A stretch of 63,738 nucleotides of DNA, filler included, from Licmophora abbreviata (GCA_900291995.1; 18 parts of 18 records of this genome joined end to end with filler, not necessarily neighbours in it); one strand, 5' to 3'; shown: positions 54,322-63,738, counted from the whole stretch's first letter. The notes: generated by a model from the letters alone, not told the origin. A program made the numbers and translations.

Positions 54322-54984
54322 TCACATGGGCTTTTCCATGTTCTTCACATGCCGGGCAATCGCCTCTTCGACCGTATCGTAAAAGCTCAGCTTGCCATCC
54401 TCGAGGATCGCACCCGCGGTGCACAGGTTGCGCACTTCGGCCAGCGAATGGGTCACCACGATCGCGCTGCTTTGCTGCAACCGGGCCTTGAACACCTCGG
54501 CGCTTCTGGCGCGAAACGCCCGGTCGCCCACCGATGTCACCTCATCCACCAGATAGGTGTCGAAACGAATGCCCATCGAAATGCCAAAGGCCAAGCGCGA
54601 CCGCATCCCCGACGAATAGCTGCGCACCGGCATTCGGAAATGCCCGCCCAACCCCGAAAACTCCGCGACGAAAGCGATCAACTCGTCGGTATCCACGCCA
54701 TAGACACGCGCGATGAACCGGCAATTCTGCGCGCCCGTCAGATCGCGGTGGAACGTGCCGGTGAACCCCACCGGAAACGAGACACTGCCCCGTCTGACGA
54801 TCCGCCCCTCGTCATGGCGCATATTGCCGGAAATCATCCGTAACAGGGTCGATTTTCCCGCCCCGTTGCGCCCCATCAACGCCACCGCCTGCCCGGCAGG
54901 AAACAGCGCGTTGATCCCTCGCGCCACGTATTTGCGGCCCCTCGATGTCGGAAAGCTCTTGGTCAGATTTCGCAGCTCGATCAT
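54322..54984 (-). CDS. kpsT: Capsular polysaccharide ABC exporter ATP-binding protein
   Basis: GRNGAGKST, YSSGMRSRLAFG, YLVDEVTSVGD. Confidence 0.93.
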   Translation of the reverse strand: MIELRNLTKSFPTSRGRKYVARGINALFPAGQAVALMGRNGAGKSTLLRMISGNMRHDEGRIVRRGSVSFPVGFTGTFHRDLTGAQNCRFIARVYGVDTDELIAFVAEFSGLGGHFRMPVRSYSSGMRSRLAFGISMGIRFDTYLVDEVTSVGDRAFRARSAEVFKARLQQSSAIVVTHSLAEVRNLCTAGAILEDGKLSFYDTVEEAIARHVKNMEKPM

Positions 54985-54996
54985 CGCGCCACCGGC

Positions 54997-55364
54997 TCAC
55001 CTGCGATCCCGCAGAGAATAATAGATCAGCACCAGAATGCTCCATCCCACGCTCAGAAACAGCACCNNNNNNNNNNNNNNNNNNNNNNNNNNNNNNNNNN
55101 NNNNNNNNNNTTAATTAATTAANNNNNNNNNNNNNNNNNNNNNNNNNNNNNNNNNNNNNNNNNNNNAGAGGCATATTGATCCGCCGCGCGTTCCCACAGA
55201 TACCAGCCCGCCACCAGCGCCGGCAGCAGGATCAACAGCTGCGCCGAGATCATCAGGAAAAGATGCCGTTTGCGTGGCCTCACCCGCCGCATGGCCCTGC
55301 CCGAGACCGGCGGCTTTTGCGGGTCTTTGCGGGTCTCTTCACCTTTCGATTGTTCATCGGTCAC
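54997..55364 (-). CDS. KpsE-like capsule export inner-membrane protein, middle lost in gap
   Basis: N-terminal TM LPALVAGWYLWERAADQYAS and C-terminal WSILVLIYYSLRDRR flank the linker; directly upstream of kpsT. Confidence 0.75.
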
Positions 55365-55428
55365 AGGTATGATCCAATCGACACAACTTTAACGAGTTTA
55401 GAGTTTCACGATTCTCGCAGGAATACCA

Positions 55429-56238
55429 GTGTCGATCAGCCGGCCCAATCTTCGCACACCGCAGCGGCCCGCCCGCCGTTTTCGCATGGCCCGCGTGATC
55501 CTCGCCCTCGTGCTGCGCGAGATGTCGACCACCTATGGCCGCTCTCCCGGTGGGTATGTCTGGGCCATTCTGCAACCTGTCGGGCTTATCCTGATCCTCG
55601 CGATCGGGTTTTCGCTGCTGCTGCGGGCGCCCTCGCTCGGTACGTCGTTCCTTTTGTTCTACGCCTCCGCCCTTCTGCCGCTGCGCATGTTTCAGGACAT
55701 GTCCGTCAATGTCGGCGCCGCCATCAGCTTCAACCGCGCCCTGATGGAATATCCCCGCGTCACCGTGATGGACGCGGTTCTGGCCCGTGCGCTGCTGGTT
55801 GTGCTCACGCAAGCCGTGGTCTCCGCCTTGATCTTCACCGGCATCTTCCTCGCCGATGACATCCGCGAAACCATCGATCCCGCTCCCATCGTGACGGCCT
55901 TCGCGCTGGCCGCGTTTCTCGGCTTCGGGTTCGGGATGTTCAACTGCTATGCGATGATGGCCTTTCCGGTCTGGAAAACCCTCTGGACCGTGCTGACCCG
56001 TCCCCTGATCCTGATCTCCGGCGTGTTTTTCCTGTACGAGGACCTCCCCCGCGGTCTTCAGGACATGCTGTGGTTCAACCCGCTTCTGCATATCGCCGGC
56101 ATCGCGCGGGAGGGGGTCTATGCCATTTACCAACCCGGCTACATTTCCATCCCCCTGATCGCGGGCATGGCCATGGCCCCGATGTTCCTTGGCGCGCTTC
56201 TGCTGTTCCGCTTCGGGCGCAGCCTGATCTACAAATGA
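55429..56238 (+). CDS. kpsM: Capsular polysaccharide ABC exporter permease
   Basis: ALVLREMSTTYGRSPGGYVWA, YPRV, SGVFF, FNPLLH. Confidence 0.9.
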   Translation: MSISRPNLRTPQRPARRFRMARVILALVLREMSTTYGRSPGGYVWAILQPVGLILILAIGFSLLLRAPSLGTSFLLFYASALLPLRMFQDMSVNVGAAISFNRALMEYPRVTVMDAVLARALLVVLTQAVVSALIFTGIFLADDIRETIDPAPIVTAFALAAFLGFGFGMFNCYAMMAFPVWKTLWTVLTRPLILISGVFFLYEDLPRGLQDMLWFNPLLHIAGIAREGVYAIYQPGYISIPLIAGMAMAPMFLGALLLFRFGRSLIYK

Positions 56239-56251
56239 GCCCACCTGCGGA

Positions 56252-57172
56252 TCATGACGCCTTGGCATGCCGTGCGCGCAGCCATTTCAGCTTGTCGCGC
56301 TGCACCTGTTCGACCGGCAGGATCTCTTCGGGCTTCATGGCCAGTGTCTGATCCACCTCGCGAATGTCCCGGCACAACCGCCCAAGCCCATCCGGCTCGA
56401 GGCTCGCGGCGTGATCGGTGCCCTTCCAGCTCCGGTCAAGGGTGAAATGCCGCTCGATATGGCTGAACCGGCCCCAGCCTTCGGCCTCCATCATCCGGCC
56501 CACCGCCAAGGCCGCGACATCCGTGCCGATCCCCAGGTGATGCCCGGAAAACCCGATGCTGTTCACCCGTGTTCCATAGCGTTCCATCAGGTTGCGGATC
56601 TCGAACAGGCACACATCCGCGAAGGCCACCGGATACCCCGAGGTGCAGCTGTAGATCACCAGATCCTTTGCCCGTCCCCGATCCTCGTAGAAGGCCACGA
56701 GATCAGCGATCTCGCGCCCCGTCGACATGCCGGTCGAGACATGGATCTCACCCTCGAAATGCCGGCACAGATAGTCCTGCAAATCGAAATGCTGATTGGT
56801 CGCCGAGGGGATTTTCAGCATCATGGGCCCAAGCGCCGCCATCTCCCGCGCCGAGGTCAGATCCCACACGCTGGTCGAATAGGCGATGCCATGCGCCTTG
56901 CACGTCTCGATCAGCTCACGATGTTGATCGACATCGAATTCCAGAAACTCCCGATGCGCCCCATAGGTCGGCCCATAGGCATTCTGGGGCACCGGATGCG
57001 GCGTCGCATATTCAAGCGGAGTCAGCAATTCACGATTGCAGCGTTTCTGAAACTTGGCGACATCGGCGCCGCACTCCTCGGCGGCGACGCGAATCAACTC
57101 TTTGGCGAGGTTCAGATCACCTTTGTGATTGCATCCGATTTCGGCGATCACCTGAACTGGCTGTCTTTTCAT
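56252..57172 (-). CDS. NeuB-family nonulosonate synthase, short form without SAF domain
   Basis: IAEIGCNHKGD, KFQK, LKIPSA, STGMS, CTSGYP, GFSGH, ERHFTLDR, GTDHAASLEP; ends at about 306 aa. Confidence 0.88.
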   Translation of the reverse strand: MKRQPVQVIAEIGCNHKGDLNLAKELIRVAAEECGADVAKFQKRCNRELLTPLEYATPHPVPQNAYGPTYGAHREFLEFDVDQHRELIETCKAHGIAYSTSVWDLTSAREMAALGPMMLKIPSATNQHFDLQDYLCRHFEGEIHVSTGMSTGREIADLVAFYEDRGRAKDLVIYSCTSGYPVAFADVCLFEIRNLMERYGTRVNSIGFSGHHLGIGTDVAALAVGRMMEAEGWGRFSHIERHFTLDRSWKGTDHAASLEPDGLGRLCRDIREVDQTLAMKPEEILPVEQVQRDKLKWLRARHAKAS

Positions 57173-57263
57173 AGCGATATACCCCTGAGACTTAACAGTT
57201 TCACAATCTTTGCATGCAAGTCTTAAGGAAGCCCTAGCGTGTCCAAGGTTTTCGAAAATCATC

Positions 57264-58059
57264 ATGCTGCAGCCTTCGGTCTCGATCCTCATGCCAGCCC
57301 ATAACGTCGCCCCTTGGGTGGGCGCTGCCATCGCTTCGGTGCGCGCGCAGCAGTTTCGCGATTGGGAACTGATCCTCGTCAACGACGCCTCGAGCGACGA
57401 TACCGCCGCTTGCGCCCGGGCTGCCGCCCATGGCGATCCGCGTCTGCGCCTGATCGACACCGCGCTGCATATCGGCGCCGCCGGGGCGCGCAACCTCGCG
57501 CTCGATGCCGCGCGTGGACGCTATATCGCCTTTCTCGATGCCGATGACACTTGGCACCCCGACAAGCTGCACCGCCAGATCCCCTTCATGCAGGCCGAAG
57601 ACGCCGCCCTGTCCTATACCGGCTTCTGGCGTCAGACCGCATTCCGGCGTCACCATGTCCGCGTCCCCCGCACCGTCACCCGTGACNNNNNNNNNNNNNN
57701 NNNNNNNNNNNNNNNNNNNNNNNNNNNNNNTTAATTAATTAANNNNNNNNNNNNNNNNNNNNNNNNNNNNNNNNNNNNNNNNNNNNGACACCGCCCATCT
57801 TGGCAAGGTGCCGATGCCCGATCTGCCCATGCGGCACGATTTCGCCCTCTGGCTCGATCTTCTGGGCCGCGCCGGTCTGGCGCATGGGCTCGATCTGCCG
57901 CTGGCCACCCATCTGCGCCGGGCCGGGTCACTGTCGTCCAACAGGCTTCGGGCGATGGCGGCGACATGGCGGGTCTACCGCGATCATGCCGGTTTGCGGC
58001 GCAGCGCGGCGATGCTGTGCCTGTGCTCGCATCTGGCCAGACGGCTCCAACGCGGATGA
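57264..58059 (+). CDS. GT2-family glycosyltransferase (TuaG-like), split by linker
   Basis: SILMPAHN, VNDASSD, GAAGARN, FLDADD, then MRHDFALWL, SLSSNR. Confidence 0.82.
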
Positions 58060-58120
58060 GCGGGCATCACACCCTTCATCCCATGCTGAAATGGCGCGGT
58101 CTGCGCGCGGAAAGGATGTG

Positions 58121-58897
58121 ATGAGTTTCAGAACAAGGCTTGATGCCGCCTTCAAGGCGTTCAGCGATCCCCAATGCGTCGTCTCATACGACTCGCTTGG
58201 CGATCTGATCGACGCCCGCATCACAACCGCACTTCAGAACCAGCGGCTCGAGGCCGAACAAAGCCTTGCTCTGGCCCAGACCGAAGGCGCGCAGCTTGCC
58301 GCCGATATCACCCGCGACGGCACTGCCTGGAAATCCGCACCGCCCCGGTGGGACCGTGTCCGCGAGATGACCCGCTCCGCCCTGACGCAGGCTGGGCTGA
58401 CCGGCGGGAAGATGCTGGAAATCGGCGGTCGTCACAATCCGCGCAATGCCGACTTCCCCGACTTCGACTATCAGGCGCTCGACCTCCAAGGCGCCCCCGG
58501 CGCCAAGATCGACGTAATGGCCGGCGACATCACGCAATGCCCCCATATCCCCGACGCAAGCTATGACTTCATCTTCAGCTTCGATGTATTCGAGCATATC
58601 GACAAGCCGTGGCTGGCCGCGTCCGAGATCACGCGCCTCCTGCGCCCCGGCGGTGTGACGGTGCATTCCACGCTCTTTGCATGGCGCTACCATCCCTGCC
58701 CGATCGATTACTGGCGCTACACCGCCGAAGGGCTGAAATCATTGTTCGGCGATCTGGATTGCCTGTGTTCCGAATTCGACGCCACCGAGCGTCGCCGCGA
58801 CATTCGCGGGCAGGGCGGCAATGCCGTCACCCCCGATGCCTTCGGCGGCTGGCGCGAAAACATCCGCGTCAACTACGCGGGCCGCAAAGCGGCCTGA
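58121..58897 (+). CDS. Class I SAM-dependent methyltransferase
   Basis: MLEIGG, GDI, YDFIFSFDVFEHI, LLRPGG, HPCPIDYWRY. Confidence 0.85.
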   Translation: MSFRTRLDAAFKAFSDPQCVVSYDSLGDLIDARITTALQNQRLEAEQSLALAQTEGAQLAADITRDGTAWKSAPPRWDRVREMTRSALTQAGLTGGKMLEIGGRHNPRNADFPDFDYQALDLQGAPGAKIDVMAGDITQCPHIPDASYDFIFSFDVFEHIDKPWLAASEITRLLRPGGVTVHSTLFAWRYHPCPIDYWRYTAEGLKSLFGDLDCLCSEFDATERRRDIRGQGGNAVTPDAFGGWRENIRVNYAGRKAA

Positions 58898-59134
58898 CGT
58901 CGCCCTTGCCGTGAACCCCGGACAAGATCGCAACGCCCCGGCGCGGATTCAAGGCCGCAGGCCGCCGCGCATCGCCGGGCCGCCCCCCGGCACGGCGATT
59001 TGGCAAAGCCGGGTGCACCGCTCATGGGGTACTCGGATTTGGCCGGGATAAAGTGCTGTGGACCAACCCTTGGATCGCCGCACCGCGACCCGCCGAGACG
59101 CACCCTCTTTGCCACAGGACAAAGCCGCCCCAAC

Positions 59135-59164
59135 AAAATGGCCCCCTTTGATCGGGGGCCTTTG
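59135..59164. repeat. Hairpin, inverted near-copy of 60338-60366
   Basis: aaaatggccccctttgatcgggggcctttt; its reverse complement nearly equals aaaaaggcccccgatcaagggggcctttt. Confidence 0.7.
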
Positions 59165-59275
59165 GCGTAAACGGTGTAAATGATCGCTGCTGGCTCAGAG
59201 CGCAATGACCACTTGGAGCCCTCTTTGCGAGATGCTGCAGGTTGCACGAATTTCCGCTATACGACTGGATAAGCG

Positions 59276-60055
59276 TCAACGATTAGCAGCTTTTCGAGTA
59301 CCTCTGCACTTAGGAAAACTCGCACATCCCAAGAAAGCATCACCTGTTTTGCCGTTAGTCCGTTTTACCATCTTTTTGCCACACTTCGGGCATGCTGTTT
59401 GATCCAAGTTGATAACGGTTTTTTGGGCTGATGTCTGCTTCTTGGCTACCGCCTTCTTTTCCAAATTTTGCAGGTGCTCGTTGCGCATTGCATTCGTGTT
59501 TTCCAGAGCCTGATCGCGCAGTTTTTTCACGTAAGTGTTAACTTGCACATCAGTTAGTATCTGCTTCCTTTGAACCGCGATAAGTCTGCCAAGGTCTTTC
59601 AAACCCCAAGCAACGCTATCCGGCATTGCCGTCTTTGGTTCGGCTGTCCCAGTAAACACAATTAGATTGTGTAGAGCTTCTTGATCGATCTGCAAAATTT
59701 CCTGCACCGCCTTTACGTGTGCATAGTTCTGTCGAAGAGGATTTTGAAAACTTCGTTTAGTGCGCTTTTGCACCTGCGTCCATTTCTGTTGGTCGGCACC
59801 GCCAAAAATCCAGCCGGACATATTCTTGGTTTCAATCACAAAAATCCCAAAGCGGGATAGCACAAGATGGTCAATCTGGGTTGTCCCACCGGCGACTGGC
59901 AAAATTAAATCTGTCAAAACCCGATACTCTTGTTCGTTTAGAACAGATGTGAGCGCATTGTGAACCAGCCGTTCACCTCTAGCACCCTTTCTTTCAGGTG
60001 TGTTGTAACTAGCTTCGACCGCCCAGATTGCGGACTTTAAAAGAAACTTCAGCAT
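59276..60055 (-). CDS. NERD-domain nuclease with C-terminal topoisomerase-type C4 zinc ribbon
   Basis: GARGE, TTQIDHLVLSRFGIFVIETKN, FQNPLRQN; CPKCG...FLGCASFPKCR; visibly AT-richer than flanks. Confidence 0.9.
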   Translation of the reverse strand: MLKFLLKSAIWAVEASYNTPERKGARGERLVHNALTSVLNEQEYRVLTDLILPVAGGTTQIDHLVLSRFGIFVIETKNMSGWIFGGADQQKWTQVQKRTKRSFQNPLRQNYAHVKAVQEILQIDQEALHNLIVFTGTAEPKTAMPDSVAWGLKDLGRLIAVQRKQILTDVQVNTYVKKLRDQALENTNAMRNEHLQNLEKKAVAKKQTSAQKTVINLDQTACPKCGKKMVKRTNGKTGDAFLGCASFPKCRGTRKAANR

Positions 60056-60337
60056 TAGATCTCACGCCATTCTTAATCACCGATTGCATACACCGTCATC
60101 TTTGATGGTATCTCTGTCGATTGTTTCCAATGATTTGGGTCATATTTTGGAGACTTTAGCAAAAGCAAAACCCTTCGTAGTGATCATGCAAGGCGCATCT
60201 CCAATCGAAGTTACATTCAGTCCCATAGCAGACCTCCGTACGCACATTATAAGCGACTGCTCCGCCCCCGCAAAGCCGTCCTCCAAAACGCAAGTCAGCC
60301 CCACTGAGACCTTAGCCACACCTTACGCCGACCAAAC

Positions 60338-60366
60338 AAAAAGGCCCCCGATCAAGGGGGCCTTTT
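60338..60366 (-). terminator. Intrinsic terminator after gltB
   Basis: aaaaggccccc/gggggcctttt stem about 20 nt after the gltB stop. Confidence 0.75.
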
Positions 60367-60385
60367 CACCAATCACAAACCCGGA

Positions 60386-62584
60386 TCACTCTGCCGGAAC
60401 GGCGGTGTCCTCGATCCCAAGCGGATGCTCCAGCTTGTTGAGCATCTCGGTCGGGCAGACCTGCAGGAACTTGGCCTTTTCGACATCCCAATATTGCAGG
60501 ATATCCTTGGCCTTGCGGCTGCCTGTCTCCTCGGCATGGCGGCGCACCAGGGCTTCCAGTTCCGCCATCCAGTGATCCGTGCTCACCGGGCAGGTGACAA
60601 CCGTTTCGCGGTTAATCAGCGTATCGGCCAGACCCTCGGGATCATACAGATACGCCATGCCCCCGGTCATGCCCGCACCAAAGTTGGCGCCAATCGGCCC
60701 AAGGATCACCGCGACACCGCCGGTCATGTATTCACACCCGTTGCTGCCACAGCCCTCGACCACCACTTTCCTCTCTATGGGCAGTCGGTGATNNNNNNNN
60801 NNNNNNNNNNNNNNNNNNNNNNNNNNNNNNNNNNNNTTAATTAATTAANNNNNNNNNNNNNNNNNNNNNNNNNNNNNNNNNNNNNNNNNNNNCGCCCTCG
60901 CCACTGTCGCTGCGCGCCCCGATCCGGTTCATCGCCACGTTCAGCGTCTTGTGCGCCTCCGGGCTCAGCGCGCCAAGGCTCATCCCCGGCGTGACAAACC
61001 GCTTGCGGATCGCGGTGACGCTTTCCACCTGGTCCAGAGGCACAGGCTCGCCCAGCGGCTTGATCGCCATCAGATCGCGCAGATGGATCGGCGGGTTCGC
61101 CTGCATCGCCTTGGAATACTGCTGCCACAGCGCATAGGACGCCTTGTTGCAGGCCATCTGCATCATGTGCATCGTCTGCGCGCCCCAGGCATGGGTCTCG
61201 CCCGATTTGCGCATCTTGTAGAAGCCACCAATCGGCAACACATCCTTGCCGCCGCGGAACGCCTCGGCGTGGATCACCTCCAGCTTGGCCTGAATCCCGC
61301 TCACACCGATCCCGCTGATCCGGCTGGTCAGCCCGGGGAAATACTCGTTGCACATCGCCCGGCTCAGACCCACCGCCTCAAAGTTCAGACCGCCGCGATA
61401 GGACGAGATCACCGAGATCCCCATCTTCGACATGATCTTGAGGATACCCAGATCAATCGCCTCGCGATACCGCGCCACCGCCTCGGTCAGCGTGCCATCC
61501 AACAGCCCCCGCTCGATCCGGTCCGCCAGCGTGTCCTCGGCAAGGTAAGCGTTGACCACCGTGGCGCCCGCCCCGATCAGCACGGCAAAATAATGCGGGT
61601 CGATACATTCCGCCGACCGCACATTGAGCGAACAGAAGGTCCGCAGCCCCTTGCGCGTCAGATGCGAATGCACCGCACTGGTGGCAAGGATCATCGGCAT
61701 CCCGACGCGGCTTTCGTTCAGATGCTGATCGGTCAGCAGGATATGCCCCGAACCGCTGCGCACGGCATCCTCGGCCTCGGCCCGGATCCGCTCCAGCCCG
61801 GCTTGCAGCGCACCCTTGCCCGGCTCGAACGAGCAATCGATCTCGGTCACGTCACCGTCGAATTCGCGCATCAGCTCGGACCATTGCGCATTGCCGATGA
61901 ACGGGCTTTCCAGAACCAGGATCTCGGTCTGCGCGCTGGATTCGTCCAACACGTTCTTCAGGTTCCCGAACCGCGTCTTGAGGCTCATGACCCGGTATTC
62001 GCGCAAGCTGTCAATCGGCGGGTTCGTCACCTGACTGAAGTTCTGCCGGAAATAATGGCTCAGCGGGCGATACTTGGTCGACAGCACGGCACTTGGCGTA
62101 TCGTCGCCCATGCTGGCCACGGCTTCTTTCGCGTCCTCGGCCATCGGCGCAAGGATCGTCTCGATCTCTTCCACCGAATACCCGGCCGCATATTGCCGCT
62201 TGCGCAGCTCGCCCCCGGTGAACAGCGGCTTTTCCGTCACGCTGCCCAGCACATCATCCAGATCCTTGATCTTGCCGACCCATTCGCCGAACGGCTGGGC
62301 ATGGGCCAGTTTGTCCTTGATCTCGGTGTCGTGATAGAGCTTGCCCTCGACCATATCGACAGCCAGCAACTGCCCCGGTCCAAGCGCGCCCTTTTCCTTT
62401 ACCGTGGCCTCGTCGATCGGCACCATCCCGGTCTCCGAACCGGCGATCACCAGACCATCGCCCGTCACCACATACCGCATCGGGCGCAGCCCGTTACGGT
62501 CCAGACCGGCACAGACCCAGCGCCCGTCGGTCATCGCCAAGGCTGCGGGGCCATCCCACGGCTCCATCACCGAATTGCAGTAGG
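60386..62584 (-). CDS. gltB: Glutamate synthase large subunit, two fragments separated by a linker; 5' end and a central part missing
   Basis: MEPWDGPAA, LDRNGLRP, SMGDD, FSQVTNPPID, MSLGALSPEAH, SGEG; C-terminal VVEGCG, CEYMTGG, NFGAGMTGG. Confidence 0.95.
60766..60792 (+). other. Ion Torrent P1 adapter remnant (artefact)
   Basis: ctttcctctctatgggcagtcggtgat matches the 3' end of the P1 adapter and sits exactly at a contig end. Confidence 0.92.
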
Positions 62585-62684
62585 NNNNNNNNNNNNNNNN
62601 NNNNNNNNNNNNNNNNNNNNNNNNNNNNTTAATTAATTAANNNNNNNNNNNNNNNNNNNNNNNNNNNNNNNNNNNNNNNNNNNN

Positions 62685-63005
62685 CGACAGCTTGTAACTA
62701 TGCGTCGTCGTCCAGAGCGAGACGTCGGGTTGCTCCGCCAGAAACGCAGTCGTGCCGTCATCGCTGGCATTGTCCACCATCAGGAAATGCCCGACCCCCA
62801 GCTTGCGGTGATGCTCCAGAAAATGCGGCAGCCGCACCATCTCGTTGCGCACGGTCGCTGCCCCAAGGATCGTATCCGGCGCGATGCTGCCGGTGCGGTC
62901 AGCCACCGGGCGCAGCTGATCCCGCTTGCGCCAGGCACGAAACAGCAGCCGCCGCCGTTTCCAGCGCAGCCGATAGGCGATACCAGCGTGCCTCAACCAC
63001 TCCAT
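62685..63005 (-). CDS. GT2-like glycosyltransferase, 3'-truncated
   Basis: VRNEMVRLPHFLEHHRKLGV, VDNASDDGT. Confidence 0.8.
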
Positions 63006-63047
63006 ACCCGTCCGCCTGTGATCCGCCGACTGACGACAGAATCGGCT

Positions 63048-63738
63048 CTATTTCGTGTAATGTCCAGTTTGATACCAGCGCCACGCATCGCCGATCATCC
63101 GATCAAGGCTCGAGCGTTCGGGCGCCCACCCCAACTCGGTCATCGCGCGGGTCGATCCGGACACAAGCTTGGTGCAGTCCCCCGGTCGCCTCATGCCTTC
63201 GATCACCGGAACCGTCTTGCCGGTGATCTCCTCGGCGCGGTCGATCACCTCACGCACCGAAAACCCGCTTCCGGTGCCAAGGTTGAAGACGCGGCTTGGC
63301 CTGTCATCCTGCAGCCATCTCAGCCCGAGAATATGGGCATCCACCAGATCCATCACATGCACGTAATCGCGGATGCAGGTGCCGTCGGGCGTGTCATAAT
63401 CCGTGCCGAAAATCGTGAGCGCATCGCGCGTGCCTGCGATCGCCTCGAGGATCAGCGGGATCAGATGCGTCTCGGGCTGGTGAAACTCTCCCACCTCGGC
63501 CTCGGGATCGGCCCCCGCCACGTTGAAATACCGGAAAATCACGTGGCGCAGCCCATGCGCCGCCTCAAAATCGCGCAGGATATCCTCGATCGCGCGCTTC
63601 GATCCGCCATAGGCGTTGATCGGGTTGCGATCGCTGGTTTCATCCAGCACCACATTGTCCTGGTCGCCATAGGTCGCACAGGTCGACGAGAACACCACCT
63701 TCAGACAACCCGCCTGCACCGCCGCCTCGAACAGGCAC
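63048..63738 (-). CDS. galE: UDP-glucose 4-epimerase, 5'-truncated by window edge
   Basis: VFSSTCATYG, YGGSK, FRYFNVAGA, ETHLIP, TPDGTCIRDYVHV, NLGTG, RRPGD. Confidence 0.95.
   Translation of the reverse strand, partial: CLFEAAVQAGCLKVVFSSTCATYGDQDNVVLDETSDRNPINAYGGSKRAIEDILRDFEAAHGLRHVIFRYFNVAGADPEAEVGEFHQPETHLIPLILEAIAGTRDALTIFGTDYDTPDGTCIRDYVHVMDLVDAHILGLRWLQDDRPSRVFNLGTGSGFSVREVIDRAEEITGKTVPVIEGMRRPGDCTKLVSGSTRAMTELGWAPERSSLDRMIGDAWRWYQTGHYTK

Noticed and set aside
57210..57219. Palindrome TTGCATGCAA in the neuB-like/GT2 divergent region
   Set aside because: Single 10-bp occurrence with no second copy or candidate regulator
58898..59130. Open stretch reading ...GFGRDKVLWTNPWIAAPR as a gene remnant
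   Set aside because: No start codon or RBS and no family recognised; cannot be supported without a search
5349..62684. Recurrent TTAATTAATTAA flanked by Ns as a repeat array or CtrA site
   Set aside because: Identical 100-bp artificial linker with six-frame stops; not biological

Overview
GC-rich alphaproteobacterial DNA whose gene content and order look like Rhodobacteraceae/Roseobacter. It is a draft assembly: 18 contigs joined by 17 artificial 100-bp linkers (N44-TTAATTAATTAA-N44). Many genes continue in frame across linkers, so the order is largely real but gap sizes are not. The left half is housekeeping and catabolic: TRAP permease, SDR, tRNA-Pro(CGG), Na/Pi cotransporter, leuB/leuD/leuC, petR/petP, ilvE, two polyamine-type ABC transporters, a partial ectoine catabolism cluster, rmlCBDA, queG, fzlA and mtgA. 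Between mtgA and gltB lies a ~23-kb surface-glycan locus. It has kpsM/T/E-type export genes and what appear to be two nonulosonic-acid pathways. One is a pseudaminic-acid set with no visible pseH but with an ATP-grasp ligase. The other has no visible neuC and comprises a short NeuB-like synthase, a CMP-synthetase-phosphatase fusion, an AGE-fold isomerase and a GT42 sialyltransferase, which suggests KDN-type sialic acid synthesis. The locus also carries a DUF2793 (GTA tail-fibre-like) gene, an RTX protein and an AT-rich NERD nuclease flanked by inverted hairpins. A candidate leader peptide precedes leuC, and an Ion Torrent adapter remnant is present. All calls are from motif recognition by eye; no searches were run.
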